Assembly: GCA_016929065.1 (NCBI GenBank)
Contig: JAFGJO010000014.1
Coordinates: forward strand, 101 to 64,100
Direction: 5' to 3'
Length of the DNA stretch: 64,000 nucleotides
DNA from: Spirochaetales bacterium
Lineage (GTDB): Bacteria; Spirochaetota; Spirochaetia; SZUA-6; RPPD01
Shown: positions 48,291 to 58,884 of the stretch, piece by piece
How positions within the stretch are numbered: the first letter of the stretch is position 1
How the letters are laid out: each line of letters opens with the position of its first letter
Notes under the pieces: model-generated
The model's input: only the letters and a program-made list of their open reading frames with translations
What the model was told of the DNA's origin: nothing
Databases searched by the model: none
Made by a program: the position numbers and the translations under genes

Positions 48291-50786
48291 TCAAAACGGG
48301 TTAATGTCAACAGCAAAAACAAAGTCCAGGTCAAATCCATCCCAGAAAGTAATTCCGCCCTGCTGCCATTCCCATTGCCCTTCCGAGAATTTTCCGCGTT
48401 TTGCAAAATACAGCCGAATCGGCAGTCCCGGAACAGTAATACGCAGTCCTGTTCCAAATGAAAAGTAAAAATCTTCCGGCTGCATTTCTGTCATGTCGGA
48501 AACTGTCGGCCACAAGGCAACTGCGTCCGCAAAAAACACTGTCCACCAGATTCCATCTTCGATAAGCGGCATGCGGATTTCAAACTTGTTGTCCCACATC
48601 GCTTCACCCCTGAAACGAAGTGACCACCAGCCCCGGCCGATCTGCATCCCGTCGATGCGGTAATTGTCTTCCTCAACACTCACTTTATCTCCGAATACCG
48701 GCGGTAATAAAAATGACACCTGTGAGTGCAGGGCCATAATCCACTTGAACCGCCAGTCATCGCCGACCGGAATATCAAAAAGCCGGACATACACTTCAGC
48801 TTCAGTGATCAGCCGTGTGTAATGACGGCTGCCGGACAAAAACGCGCCGGTAAATCCCACATATTGCGAAAGAAAATATCCTGTTTCAGGGTTGCTGGGA
48901 ATATCAAGATTGTTCAGCGTAAGAGTGATCCCCAACCGGTTAATAAACTGCCATTGATCAAGCTCGGAACGAAGCAGATTGGAAAACGGCCTGTTAATCG
49001 ACGGATCCCAGGTAACGTATGAAATGGTCATTGACGGTTCAGCTTTGATCGAAATCAACCCTGCCTCGGTAGCAATGCCATATCCGCCGATGAGGCCGAG
49101 AATGAATTTCACACTGTCATATTTCATTAAATATGCCTCAGGGATCCCCTGCCCGTTTGCAATTGCAGCCTCATATTCATCCCATGAATTGAAGGGATCA
49201 GGCGCTGCGTAATCTTCATCACCGTTAAACATCGGCCATAAAATATCCTGGGGCACATTTTGCACTTCTTCATGTTTGAAGGAAAGATTGATCCCGCCGG
49301 TAATCCGCTGGTTAAACATCCAGTTATCCTGATAAAACAACGACACACCCTGCTCGATGGGAGTGACATTCAGGTTTATCCCGGTCGTTACACCAGCCCC
49401 GAGAAAGTTCTTGTCGTATAAGTTCCCGTACAACGATACAGGGAAATCCCCCGGCATAATTGTCCCGCCGACTTCAATCTGTGCAGTCCTCTCTTCCTCT
49501 ACAGTGATGATTACATCGATAAGACCCTCGGCGCTGCCGGGAACCGGCTCGATGAGGGTATTCCGTGAGAAAAAACCGGTACGCAGCAGGTTCATGTATC
49601 CCATCTGGATTTTTGCAACGTTGAACACATCCCCCTCTTCAAAGGGAAGCTCCCGCCTGATAATGGACTCTTTGGTTTTGGTATTTCCCTGGATAATCAC
49701 CTTCCCGATATGGGACCGGTCGCCTTCAGTAATCTTTATCTCGAATGATATTTCTTTTTTCCCTTCATCAATCGTATCTTGGGGGACAATTTGGGTTGTC
49801 ACATATCCATTATTGTAATACAAGCTTGTACATTTTTGGAAATCTTCCTTGAATTTCTTCCCGCTGAATATATCCCCGCTTTTCTGTCTGAAAAAACCCA
49901 GAATCTGTTCGGCGTCAAACACCTTGTTCCCGGAAACTGTAATGCCTCCAAAAGTATATTGGGTCCCCTCAGTTATATACAGGGTTAAAATGATATACTT
50001 GCGGTTTTCCTTTTCATTTATTTCAATTTGCCGGTCGATTTTATCAACCACTGCCTTGACATAACCATTCTCACCATAATACTCGGAGATCGCCCGCACG
50101 TCTTCTTGTAGAAGGGATTCGATAAAATCACCGCTTACAAATAACGCCGGTTCCCGGGTCTTCATGAGGCCTTTCAGTGTTCCCTCCGACGCAAAACTGT
50201 TTCCGGAAAACTGTATCTTCTTCACAGTGGATTTCGGCCCCTCATTAATGGTAAAAATGATTTCTGTCTCATTTGTTTTTTCTTTTTTTACTATTTCGTG
50301 GGTCGCTGCTGTATCCAGAAATCCCTTGCTTCTGTACAAGGTGACAATGGCCTCAATATCCTTTTTTATCAGCGGTTCATTAAAGACGCTCCCCGTCTTG
50401 GAGAGCACAACGTCATTAAGGTCGGAATCACTTAAATTTGAGTTTCCCTTGTAGCGGATTGCAGAAACAATAGCCCGCTCCTTGACCGTGAACCGGATTA
50501 TAACAGATGTTTTGGTATCATCCGCTTCGACCGCATCAGCTGCCACGCTTTCAAAATATTCGAGCGCATAGAGCCGGTTCTGGATTTCCCAGTATAAATC
50601 ATAGGTAAATTCCTTGCCCAGATAGCTTTGAATAATTGCCCTCACTTCCTGCTCTGAAACAGCCTGAAGACCAATAAATTCAAAATCGATGATAGGTTTC
50701 CCCAAAAACCAGGTATCGCCACTCTGGGCGAATACAACACCGGACACGAGTCCAAGGAATATAATAATACACAATATTTTTTTCAT
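48291..50786 (-). CDS. bamA: Outer membrane protein assembly factor
   Basis: Signal peptide from ATG 50786; POTRA repeats (GN.KTKESIIRREL), NFLG.G, barrel end SFGTGLR...PIRLYF and terminal Phe. Confidence 0.93.
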   Translation of the reverse strand: MKKILCIIIFLGLVSGVVFAQSGDTWFLGKPIIDFEFIGLQAVSEQEVRAIIQSYLGKEFTYDLYWEIQNRLYALEYFESVAADAVEADDTKTSVIIRFTVKERAIVSAIRYKGNSNLSDSDLNDVVLSKTGSVFNEPLIKKDIEAIVTLYRSKGFLDTAATHEIVKKEKTNETEIIFTINEGPKSTVKKIQFSGNSFASEGTLKGLMKTREPALFVSGDFIESLLQEDVRAISEYYGENGYVKAVVDKIDRQIEINEKENRKYIILTLYITEGTQYTFGGITVSGNKVFDAEQILGFFRQKSGDIFSGKKFKEDFQKCTSLYYNNGYVTTQIVPQDTIDEGKKEISFEIKITEGDRSHIGKVIIQGNTKTKESIIRRELPFEEGDVFNVAKIQMGYMNLLRTGFFSRNTLIEPVPGSAEGLIDVIITVEEERTAQIEVGGTIMPGDFPVSLYGNLYDKNFLGAGVTTGINLNVTPIEQGVSLFYQDNWMFNQRITGGINLSFKHEEVQNVPQDILWPMFNGDEDYAAPDPFNSWDEYEAAIANGQGIPEAYLMKYDSVKFILGLIGGYGIATEAGLISIKAEPSMTISYVTWDPSINRPFSNLLRSELDQWQFINRLGITLTLNNLDIPSNPETGYFLSQYVGFTGAFLSGSRHYTRLITEAEVYVRLFDIPVGDDWRFKWIMALHSQVSFLLPPVFGDKVSVEEDNYRIDGMQIGRGWWSLRFRGEAMWDNKFEIRMPLIEDGIWWTVFFADAVALWPTVSDMTEMQPEDFYFSFGTGLRITVPGLPIRLYFAKRGKFSEGQWEWQQGGITFWDGFDLDFVFAVDINPF

Positions 50787-50818
50787 TTGAAAAACAGGCT
50801 CCTTCTGAATGTGATGAT

Positions 50819-53800
50819 TTAAAAAACCATCCCCCACTTCAATGTTATTTTATTGTCGGGGAGGAAAAAGGACTCCCAGTGTTCTGGGGTTACTGTCCAC
50901 TTTATAGTAAGAAAAAAGGGTGTTGTCAACTCGATACTGACTTCAGATTCGACTGAAACATTCCCGAAATTTTCAGATGCCGGAACAGATGTTCCTTCAG
51001 ACTGGGTATCCGACTGTATCCGGAATACCACTTCGACGAATAAATCGCTCTGCTCATCAAGATACTTTTGAAAACTGATTTCTGTATTGTTCAGATAGCG
51101 TCCCATGCTGATGGGTTCGGCGCCGTAAAGTGAGTCCGAAGAAGTGAACAATGTATCACGAAGAAGATTTTTAATAAGTTCAGTTCTTATAGAAAAACCG
51201 TCGAGATCAAAGATTTCCTTCACTTTTTGCTCCAGAGGCCGCAGCAGCACCAATTGGGTGAGCAGGTCCCCTCCGATATCACTGATGACCGACGAGATAT
51301 ATTCATCACTTGCATTATCCTGCTGGGACTGAATGATCCCTCCCAGGGCAAGGTAGCGTTCTGTGATCGGCAGCGGCGGATCTGATTCAAACGTCGGTTC
51401 AAATCCGCTCAAACGCTGGTTATCAACCTGCATGATTATTTTCACGTCTTTTTCATTATAACGCACCCTTCGTTCAGCACGGAGCGACAGGAGCGGATCA
51501 AATGTTTGTGCATTTTCATTCAGGGAAATGTGCCCTTCCCGGACATGGAAACCGCGTTCAAAATAATACACATCGCCGTTATTAAAATCAAAATCGCCGG
51601 TAAGGACCAGATCATCCTTCAGTTTGTTGTACTTCACCATCATCTTCGCTCCGGGAACCGCCACAAGACGCAGAATCGGCAATTCCCGCGCGGGCCAGAA
51701 CATTTCCACCTGTTTCCCGGTCTCGATATTCAGATCAACTTCAACATTAAAATCCCGTCTTGCTTCTTTTTCTTCGGCAGTCTCCTCTTGTTTCGCCAGT
51801 ATAACGTTACAGTTTTGCACAAACAAATCCCCGGCAACACGCAACCCTGCATAAGAACCCATAAGGGTAAAATTGGGAGATACTACAAAACCATCAATCG
51901 TGGCGGGTCCCGCCGGGACTACAACATGTATCCCGCGCTCATCAAGAACCTTTACGTTGAGCATATATTGCGACACATTCCAGTGATCCATGACAAGATC
52001 GGTACTCAAGGTAACCGGAGTTCTCCCGACATACGTATTTGTTTCTTTAAAATGGAGTGCTTTTTCATTAATCTGCAAAACCGTATTAATAGGCCCGACC
52101 GGTTCTGGCAAAACCTTTGATCCGACCGACAATTTATCAATCGTAAAAACACCGAACAGGTCCGGATCGCTTAACGGTCCGGTAATGGTAATATTTCCTT
52201 TGGCAATTCCGTCGTAAAACACCAGGGCGTCGTTGTTCACCAGAGCGTTCAGGCCAGTAATCATCAGAGTGACGTCATCAGCACGTGCATCAACATTATT
52301 TCCCTCGATTTTTCCGGCAAGTGTCCCCTGAAGCGGAAACGGATCAGCAAAGGAAATCTTGAAGGAACCGTCTTTCAGCAAAGCCCCGTAGATGGTGTTG
52401 TCCGGTCCTCCGGCAATCGAAAACGCCGAATCATCAAGTGAATAAATCAGCCGCCAGGGAGAAAGTTCTTTTTTCCCCGCAAGAATGTCCTGTACCCTCA
52501 GTTCTCCGCTGACCGTGGCCATGACAGGGGATGCTGCAGAACCGGATGTGTCGGTGACAGGATTTGTAGAACCGGCAAGCGTCAGTTTTGCAGTTAACGG
52601 TTCATTGTAATTTGCATTAAATGCCCCCTCAAACGAGTACTGGCCATTTGTTCTGTTGTACTCGCCCTTTACAGTATTAATTGAATAGGTATCTGAATAA
52701 GATCCGGAGAAGGAATTCAGCAAAAATATATCATCATTCAGTGTAAATTCAGCATTCGCCGTGACCGGTTCAAAACCAAACCGTCCGTTTTCAAGGGAGA
52801 GCACCCCCTCAATCTCCGGAGAAACCGGATTCCCCGAGACCAACACTGCGCCATTGAGACTGCCCCTGATCACAATATCCCCAAAACGTGCAAGCGGACT
52901 TTTCGAAAACACAAGCTGGGCTGAAATATCATCCTCGCGGTAATTGACCGATCCCGAATATACCTCCTGTTGTGACTGATCCGCAAGGTAAAACCAGCCA
53001 TTAATCCCAAATTGAGCTTCATAATCAAGGGAAAATGTTCCATTGCCGTTCAGGGCCGAAATCGCATCTTTTACCCCCAGCTGTGATATTTCACAGATTC
53101 CATTACGCATGACAAAAGCGGCATCAATCACCGGAGCCCCCCCCCGCGCGGTCAGCTGTGGAAATCCGGAGATTGTTGTCTTCTGGCCTGCAATTTCCAG
53201 CGATCCGTCCGTCGTCACGACCCCCGCCCACCGCAACGATGCCACAAGTGTTGTTTCATTTACGGGAATGGGGAGCGCGTCTGCATTGACAAAAAAGACC
53301 ATCGTCCCGTCATTTTCCTGAATGAGAGAAGCCAACAGACCATAGGTGCCGGACATGATAACACCCTGATCCGGAATAATATCGCCCTCAAGCATATAGG
53401 CAGTATCACGAACAGAAAACCGGGTTAAAAAATGGGGTATATTCCGGTCAGTATTTTTCAGATGAAAGTCGCCCGAGATTTTCATCCCTTTCCAGTTCCC
53501 GGAAAATTTATTTACCGCTACTTGCTGTGTATCGAACTCGACATCAAATACAAGCGTATTCTGCTCTTCTTCTTGCTGCACAATCAGTACACGTTCAGAT
53601 TTTCCCTGCACGGTCTTGAAGTCGGTCGAAAAGCTTGCGGAGGCAGTGATATACATATCATCAAGGAGTCCGATAACTGTCTGATCTTCCGCGGCAGATG
53701 CAGACACGGCCCGGTAGACTATATCAAGGGGTATGTTCTGCACCGTGGTATCCAGTGACAACAGAGGCTGATCTTCAAGATTCAGGTTGCCGTTCAATAC

Positions 53801-55189
53801 AATGCTGTTTTTTGCACGGGCAGCAGAAAGCTGTGTGGAAAGCGTGAACAGATAATTATCCTGCACTGGAAAAATTTCCCAGAGAAACTGGTCGAATTGC
53901 GCGGAACCAATCATGATCCGGTCTCCGGCAAGGGACAGCCCCTGCGCTGTCCTGTCTACATCAAGATCCGCATTAATTTTTCCGGCCACTTTTGTTTCAA
54001 GGTCGCGAAGCTGCAGCGACCCTTTGGGAAACATGGTTTCGTACAGTATGTTCCCGACAAATTGAATCGATCCGATCTGTGAGGTGACTGCAAAAGGTTC
54101 AAAGGCGATTGAGGTATTATCACCGGTTACCCTTGTTTTGATCCTGGCCTGAACGGGAACGACCTCATCAGGAAGGAAGCCGTCTACATCAAGGCGGTAC
54201 TCAAGGTCATTGGCTTCAATATCATAGCGGACATTGCCTTTTGAGGTGACAGTTGTCTTTAAAAAGGGATTCAGTCCCTCAAGCCCGTTTCGAAGCAAAA
54301 GTGTCCGTGCCGGAGAGTACCCCTCGGAAATAAAATTGAGGGCAACAGTGTGTTCATCAATTGCATACACAACAGAAAGATCAAGCGGTTCATGGTCCTG
54401 TATTTTTGTCACCACCAGTTTGCTGTTTTCAAGCCGCACATCAAACTGCTGCTCATTGACCGCGAAACTGGTTGATTCAATATTCTGAAAATTGACCTGG
54501 GCATCAAATATTTTCACCGATTTATGGAGACTCCCGGTCATGTCAAATTCTGAATTCAGAAAAAAATTCCTGCCGCCAGGCTGGGTGTTTTCTGTTCGTC
54601 CATCACTGTGCAGATTGACCGAAAACCACTCCCCGTCAGGGGTAATAGTAAAAAACAGGCCATTGAAACTGAATTCGTTTTCTTCCCGGGTATAGGTTAT
54701 GCCCAGATTTTTTCCGACAAATTCTATCGGCGGCAGAGTAAAATCGGGAATATCGCGGAAGATAATTTTCGCAAAGAAATCCACAAGTTTTTTGTCTTTT
54801 TTCTCGTCAAGATTCAGCCTGATGCCGAGTGTTTCAATTTTCTTTATTGCATAAAGCTTGTCACCCTCGAAAATCAGGGCAAGCGGATTATAATACATGA
54901 CCAGTTTCTGCGCAGACAGCAGTTCACGCGGTTCCGCATCCGCAGTGGTGATGGATAAACCGCGAATCTCAAGACGGCTGAACAGCGAAGGAGAGATATT
55001 TTCGTAGGTGAGCGTCAGGCCTGTTTCCTTTGAAAACTCCCTGAAAAAAGAATGCTTCAAATTGACCAGTTCGACTTCAACCAGGAGCGTAAAGACAGAA
55101 AAACTCACCGCAACAACTGCGCCGATAATGAGTAAAATCAGGATTTTTTTCCGCCGTACCATGGCGGGATGATCTGCGTGGCTGTCCAT
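50819..55189 (-). CDS. tamB: TamB/AsmA-like translocation and assembly module protein
   Basis: 1456 aa; N-terminal TM; beta-rich; C-terminal F.V..G.I...FDP.L...AE...FESDPPL; directly upstream of bamA. Confidence 0.8.
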   Translation of the reverse strand: MDSHADHPAMVRRKKILILLIIGAVVAVSFSVFTLLVEVELVNLKHSFFREFSKETGLTLTYENISPSLFSRLEIRGLSITTADAEPRELLSAQKLVMYYNPLALIFEGDKLYAIKKIETLGIRLNLDEKKDKKLVDFFAKIIFRDIPDFTLPPIEFVGKNLGITYTREENEFSFNGLFFTITPDGEWFSVNLHSDGRTENTQPGGRNFFLNSEFDMTGSLHKSVKIFDAQVNFQNIESTSFAVNEQQFDVRLENSKLVVTKIQDHEPLDLSVVYAIDEHTVALNFISEGYSPARTLLLRNGLEGLNPFLKTTVTSKGNVRYDIEANDLEYRLDVDGFLPDEVVPVQARIKTRVTGDNTSIAFEPFAVTSQIGSIQFVGNILYETMFPKGSLQLRDLETKVAGKINADLDVDRTAQGLSLAGDRIMIGSAQFDQFLWEIFPVQDNYLFTLSTQLSAARAKNSIVLNGNLNLEDQPLLSLDTTVQNIPLDIVYRAVSASAAEDQTVIGLLDDMYITASASFSTDFKTVQGKSERVLIVQQEEEQNTLVFDVEFDTQQVAVNKFSGNWKGMKISGDFHLKNTDRNIPHFLTRFSVRDTAYMLEGDIIPDQGVIMSGTYGLLASLIQENDGTMVFFVNADALPIPVNETTLVASLRWAGVVTTDGSLEIAGQKTTISGFPQLTARGGAPVIDAAFVMRNGICEISQLGVKDAISALNGNGTFSLDYEAQFGINGWFYLADQSQQEVYSGSVNYREDDISAQLVFSKSPLARFGDIVIRGSLNGAVLVSGNPVSPEIEGVLSLENGRFGFEPVTANAEFTLNDDIFLLNSFSGSYSDTYSINTVKGEYNRTNGQYSFEGAFNANYNEPLTAKLTLAGSTNPVTDTSGSAASPVMATVSGELRVQDILAGKKELSPWRLIYSLDDSAFSIAGGPDNTIYGALLKDGSFKISFADPFPLQGTLAGKIEGNNVDARADDVTLMITGLNALVNNDALVFYDGIAKGNITITGPLSDPDLFGVFTIDKLSVGSKVLPEPVGPINTVLQINEKALHFKETNTYVGRTPVTLSTDLVMDHWNVSQYMLNVKVLDERGIHVVVPAGPATIDGFVVSPNFTLMGSYAGLRVAGDLFVQNCNVILAKQEETAEEKEARRDFNVEVDLNIETGKQVEMFWPARELPILRLVAVPGAKMMVKYNKLKDDLVLTGDFDFNNGDVYYFERGFHVREGHISLNENAQTFDPLLSLRAERRVRYNEKDVKIIMQVDNQRLSGFEPTFESDPPLPITERYLALGGIIQSQQDNASDEYISSVISDIGGDLLTQLVLLRPLEQKVKEIFDLDGFSIRTELIKNLLRDTLFTSSDSLYGAEPISMGRYLNNTEISFQKYLDEQSDLFVEVVFRIQSDTQSEGTSVPASENFGNVSVESEVSIELTTPFFLTIKWTVTPEHWESFFLPDNKITLKWGMVF

Positions 55190-55489
55190 TCTTCCTCTAA
55201 ATAATCCAACACCCTGTCAACAGCAATGTCATACCCGGTATTTTCCGGTCCCAAACAGAAAAACACCTCTCTGTGTTAAATATACTCTCACAGAGACCTG
55301 CTTTCAAAAAATTCAACCCTGTTTATTTCAGGTGTTGTTTATAGTATCGGTTTTTCGCAATCGGATAACTATATTACCATGCTGGTTATACTCAAGACAA
55401 TACCAAAACCATGTATTAATTTCCTGCCCAATATTAAAAAAAACCGGAGAGAAAAACGTTACAATATATTTAAAAAAACAGCCCGGATA

Positions 55490-56731
55490 TCAGGATTCTT
55501 CGGCAGATTTCTCCATTTTTACGATTTCTATCCGCTTGATGTGACGTTTATCCCTCTCAATCACCTTCAAGACCGCCCCCGGGATATTGTACACCATTCC
55601 CGTTTTGGGGATCTCACCGAGTTTTTCACATAAAAATCCGCCGATTGTATCATATTCGCCCCGCTCCAGCAGAATGCCCGTGTAACTGTACAGGTCATCG
55701 ATTCCCATGGTACCCTCCAGGATATACCGGTTTGGAGAGAGAGCCTGAATATCATCCTCAAACGTGTTGATCTCGCCCGGGATATGGCCCACAATATCTG
55801 CAACGATCTCATTCGGGGTAATAATACCCGATATGATGCCATATTCATCACATAAAAACACAACGTCGAGACGTTTCTGGTTCATATCAAGAAGCAAATT
55901 CGGAATTCGCTTTGTCTCGGGATAAAATACTGCATCGCGCATATGGGTGACTATATTTCCGCTTTTGCTTAACAGAAAATCCTCGATATCAATATACCCG
56001 ATTATATTGTCCGGCCGGCGTGTAAAAATTGAAATAAACCGGGCCCGGGTTTCCTTTGACAGACGAATGACCTCCGCAATTGAAGCATCTGCAGAACATA
56101 CAGGCATTTTGGGAAACGGAATCATCACCTCCCGGGCTTTCGTATTCGGAAAATCAAAAATATCATCGACCAGACGCTGATCCTGCAGCGAAAGGGCTAT
56201 TTCCCTGCTCCGCAGTTTTACCAGATACCGAAGGTCCTCACGGGAAGTCGGCAATTTTCTTACCGAGGCCTTATTTCCGAAAACAAGGACGATAATACGG
56301 ATCAAGGTGTTAATTAATACCGAAATCGGCAAAAACAGATAATAAAAAACCAGCAACACCGGACTCAACCGTAATGTAATGGAATCCGCATGATTCCGGA
56401 AAAACGATTTCGGAATAATTTCAGAAAAAACAAGAAATATAACCGTAAGAACAAATACCCCGATCCATTCGACAAAATCAGGGACATGGAAACTGCGGAG
56501 CAGAATTAAAAAAAAGACAGTTCCGGTAACCACTGCAATATTGGTTCCGATCAATGTTGTCGCCAAAAGCCGCTCCGGACGGTGCAGGAGAAAGTCTGCA
56601 TTCCGGGCATACATTGCCCCTTTTTCCTTCTTTGAATAGATGGTGAGCTGATTTGCAGAAAGGAGCCCGGTCTCCATACCGGCAAAAAAAGCGGCAAAAA
56701 TAATGCACAGAATAATCCCAAGGATGATCAT
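55490..56731 (-). CDS. CNNM/CorC (hemolysin-family) DUF21-CBS-CorC protein
   Basis: AFFAGMETG, TLIGTN, SEIIPKS, AREVMIP, DEYG and DTIGG. Confidence 0.9.
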   Translation of the reverse strand: MIILGIILCIIFAAFFAGMETGLLSANQLTIYSKKEKGAMYARNADFLLHRPERLLATTLIGTNIAVVTGTVFFLILLRSFHVPDFVEWIGVFVLTVIFLVFSEIIPKSFFRNHADSITLRLSPVLLVFYYLFLPISVLINTLIRIIVLVFGNKASVRKLPTSREDLRYLVKLRSREIALSLQDQRLVDDIFDFPNTKAREVMIPFPKMPVCSADASIAEVIRLSKETRARFISIFTRRPDNIIGYIDIEDFLLSKSGNIVTHMRDAVFYPETKRIPNLLLDMNQKRLDVVFLCDEYGIISGIITPNEIVADIVGHIPGEINTFEDDIQALSPNRYILEGTMGIDDLYSYTGILLERGEYDTIGGFLCEKLGEIPKTGMVYNIPGAVLKVIERDKRHIKRIEIVKMEKSAEES

Positions 56732-57978
56732 GACTTCACCTCTACCCGGAGTGTACCGATGCTGTTTCGCTGCATTTTCACGACCGTAAACTCGATATTT
56801 TTTATGGTTGTAGTCATTCCTTCCATCGGGATTTCTCCCAACTGCTCGATGACCATGCCGCCGACAGTCCGGCTCTCGGTTTCAAATTCTATTCCCATGA
56901 CATCCTCGAGCAGCCGCACATCCACTTTACCCGGCATTGAAAGCACGTTCGGACCAATCTCCCGGATCAGATTCTGTTCTGATGAATAAAGGTTCGAGAG
57001 GATTGTTTCAACAAGGTGTTTGAACGTAATGACTCCTGCAGTCCCGCCATACTCGTCAACCACCACCGCCATACCTGCTTCGAGTTCCTTCATCTCCTGC
57101 ATGAGCTGATTGAGTTTTTTTGATTCCGGAATTTGATGAAGCTCGTTGAGCAGGGTGTCAACCGGAGCATCATCGTTCAAGCCGAATTTGAAGGAAACAA
57201 GATCCTTGATCTCGACATACCCAAGCGGATGGTCAATATTTTCACGGTAAACCAGCAGCAGTGAGTGCATGGTCCCGAGATGCGACTGTTCAAAATCGAA
57301 AAGGATATCACTGACCATGGTCCCGGTATCAACGCCTTTTATTTCAGTTCTGGGAATCATCACCTCTTCGGCGGTCAGGATATTGAATTCAAAAAAGGAT
57401 TCAAAAAGACTGAGTTCGAGCTGATTGATAATTCCTTCTTTGTGTCCTATTTTCAAAGTTGCATCGATAATATCCCGATCCTGGGAGGTCTCATGTATTT
57501 TAATGGTGAACAGCCAGCGGATACCCGAAAGAACAATCCGTAGCGGCGCGAGCAGAAAGTGCGCCCCCAGCAGGGGCAAGGCATTCAGACGCACAAAAAA
57601 AAGCGAGTTTCTGACAGCGATATTTTTCGGCATCAGTTCTCCAAACAGAAGCAGAATTCCCGTCATGGAGACAATCGGAAACAGAAATGTCAACATCTCA
57701 TTTTCAAAATTGAATTTGTCCTGCACATAGTTTTCATAGATCGCAGTGGCAAAAATATTGACAATCATGTTTCCGGTAAGAATGGTGATCAGCAGTTCAT
57801 CTGACTTGCTTGCCATGAGCTGGAATAAAAGGCGGATTTTTTTTCGTACGGTCTTTTTAAGCTGTTCGCGCTCGAACATCGAGAGTGAAAAAATAGCGGT
57901 TTCGGAACTCGAAAAAAACGCAGAGAAAATAATGAGTAATGAAAATACTGCAAGGGTTATTATACTGTCAACTTCCAT
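56728..57978 (-). CDS. CNNM/CorC (hemolysin-family) DUF21-CBS-CorC protein
   Basis: SAFFSSSETAIFS, TILTGN.IVN, FGELMPK, EVMIPR, VDEYGGTAG and TVGG. Confidence 0.92.
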   Translation of the reverse strand: MEVDSIITLAVFSLLIIFSAFFSSSETAIFSLSMFEREQLKKTVRKKIRLLFQLMASKSDELLITILTGNMIVNIFATAIYENYVQDKFNFENEMLTFLFPIVSMTGILLLFGELMPKNIAVRNSLFFVRLNALPLLGAHFLLAPLRIVLSGIRWLFTIKIHETSQDRDIIDATLKIGHKEGIINQLELSLFESFFEFNILTAEEVMIPRTEIKGVDTGTMVSDILFDFEQSHLGTMHSLLLVYRENIDHPLGYVEIKDLVSFKFGLNDDAPVDTLLNELHQIPESKKLNQLMQEMKELEAGMAVVVDEYGGTAGVITFKHLVETILSNLYSSEQNLIREIGPNVLSMPGKVDVRLLEDVMGIEFETESRTVGGMVIEQLGEIPMEGMTTTIKNIEFTVVKMQRNSIGTLRVEVKS

Positions 57979-58209
57979 AGATTACATTACGGGAAGACAA
58001 CCGGCCACTGGATCAAATGTATGGAATTCCCGTCGGTAAAAATCGAAATCAACCTACCCCCTTTTTCTTTCGCTGTACACACAACATCATGTCGAGGGAT
58101 TATTCCTACACTATATCCGGAGGCGTTTGACAACATCATTTGGTCACACAGATAACTGTTCAGCAACTGTACATGACGATTTTTGCTATCTGCCCATAAA
58201 GAGAAAAAT

Positions 58210-58238
58210 AGTATATACTCATCGCAATAAATTGTAAA
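58210..58238 (-). promoter_or_regulatory. Putative sigma70 promoter about 225 nt upstream of the CNNM pair
   Basis: TTTACA-17-TATACT on the minus strand. Confidence 0.6.
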
Positions 58239-58251
58239 GAAGAGAATTTTC

Positions 58252-58884
58252 ATGCAGAAACAATATCCGGTCCCCAATTTTTTTGTTCTCGAAGGGCTTG
58301 ACGGTGCCGGGACAACGACCCAGCTCCAGCTGATCGCAAGGCGGGCAGCAGAGGAACAGCTTCCTGTTTCCTGTACTTTCGAACCCACAGACAACCCGGT
58401 CGGCCGATTGATCCGTCAGGTGCTCGGAAAAAATATCGCACTCTCCGGCGCAACCCTCTCCTATCTGTTTGCCGCAGACCGGCATGAGCACGTTTTCGGG
58501 ATCAGCGGCATCATGGAAATTCTTCAGCAGAGCAGCACCGTAGTCTGCGACCGGTATCTTTTTTCAAGTCTCGCGTATCAGTCACTTTCCGCTGACATCC
58601 GGCATATCGCCGAATTAAACAGGGAGTTCCCCCTCCCGGAAACGGTATTTTTTCTGGACACACCGGTTTTGGTCTGTGAATCGCGCAGAAAAAACCGCGT
58701 GAACGAAGAGCTGTTCGAAAACCAGTCGGTTCAGGAAAAAGTGGCGGCCGGATACCGGCAGGCATTTGATCTTTTTGCCGGCTCAGGCATGGAAATTTTG
58801 ACCATCGATGGAACGCTTCCGCCTGAAAAAATTCATGAGAAGATATGGAAAAGGATTGGTGTTATGCCGATAGTAAAAGAGTGA
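58252..58884 (+). CDS. tmk: Thymidylate kinase
   Basis: FVLEGLDGAGTTTQ, FEP, LFAADR.EH and CDRYLFSSLAYQ. Confidence 0.95.
   Translation: MQKQYPVPNFFVLEGLDGAGTTTQLQLIARRAAEEQLPVSCTFEPTDNPVGRLIRQVLGKNIALSGATLSYLFAADRHEHVFGISGIMEILQQSSTVVCDRYLFSSLAYQSLSADIRHIAELNREFPLPETVFFLDTPVLVCESRRKNRVNEELFENQSVQEKVAAGYRQAFDLFAGSGMEILTIDGTLPPEKIHEKIWKRIGVMPIVKE

Noticed and set aside
55335-55375. Sigma28 promoter upstream of tamB (CCGATAC)
   Set aside because: No TAAA at the correct spacing.
57979-58205. Canonical M-box (ykoK) riboswitch
   Set aside because: The TAGGTGAGGCT-type conserved core is absent; retained only as an unclassified structured leader.
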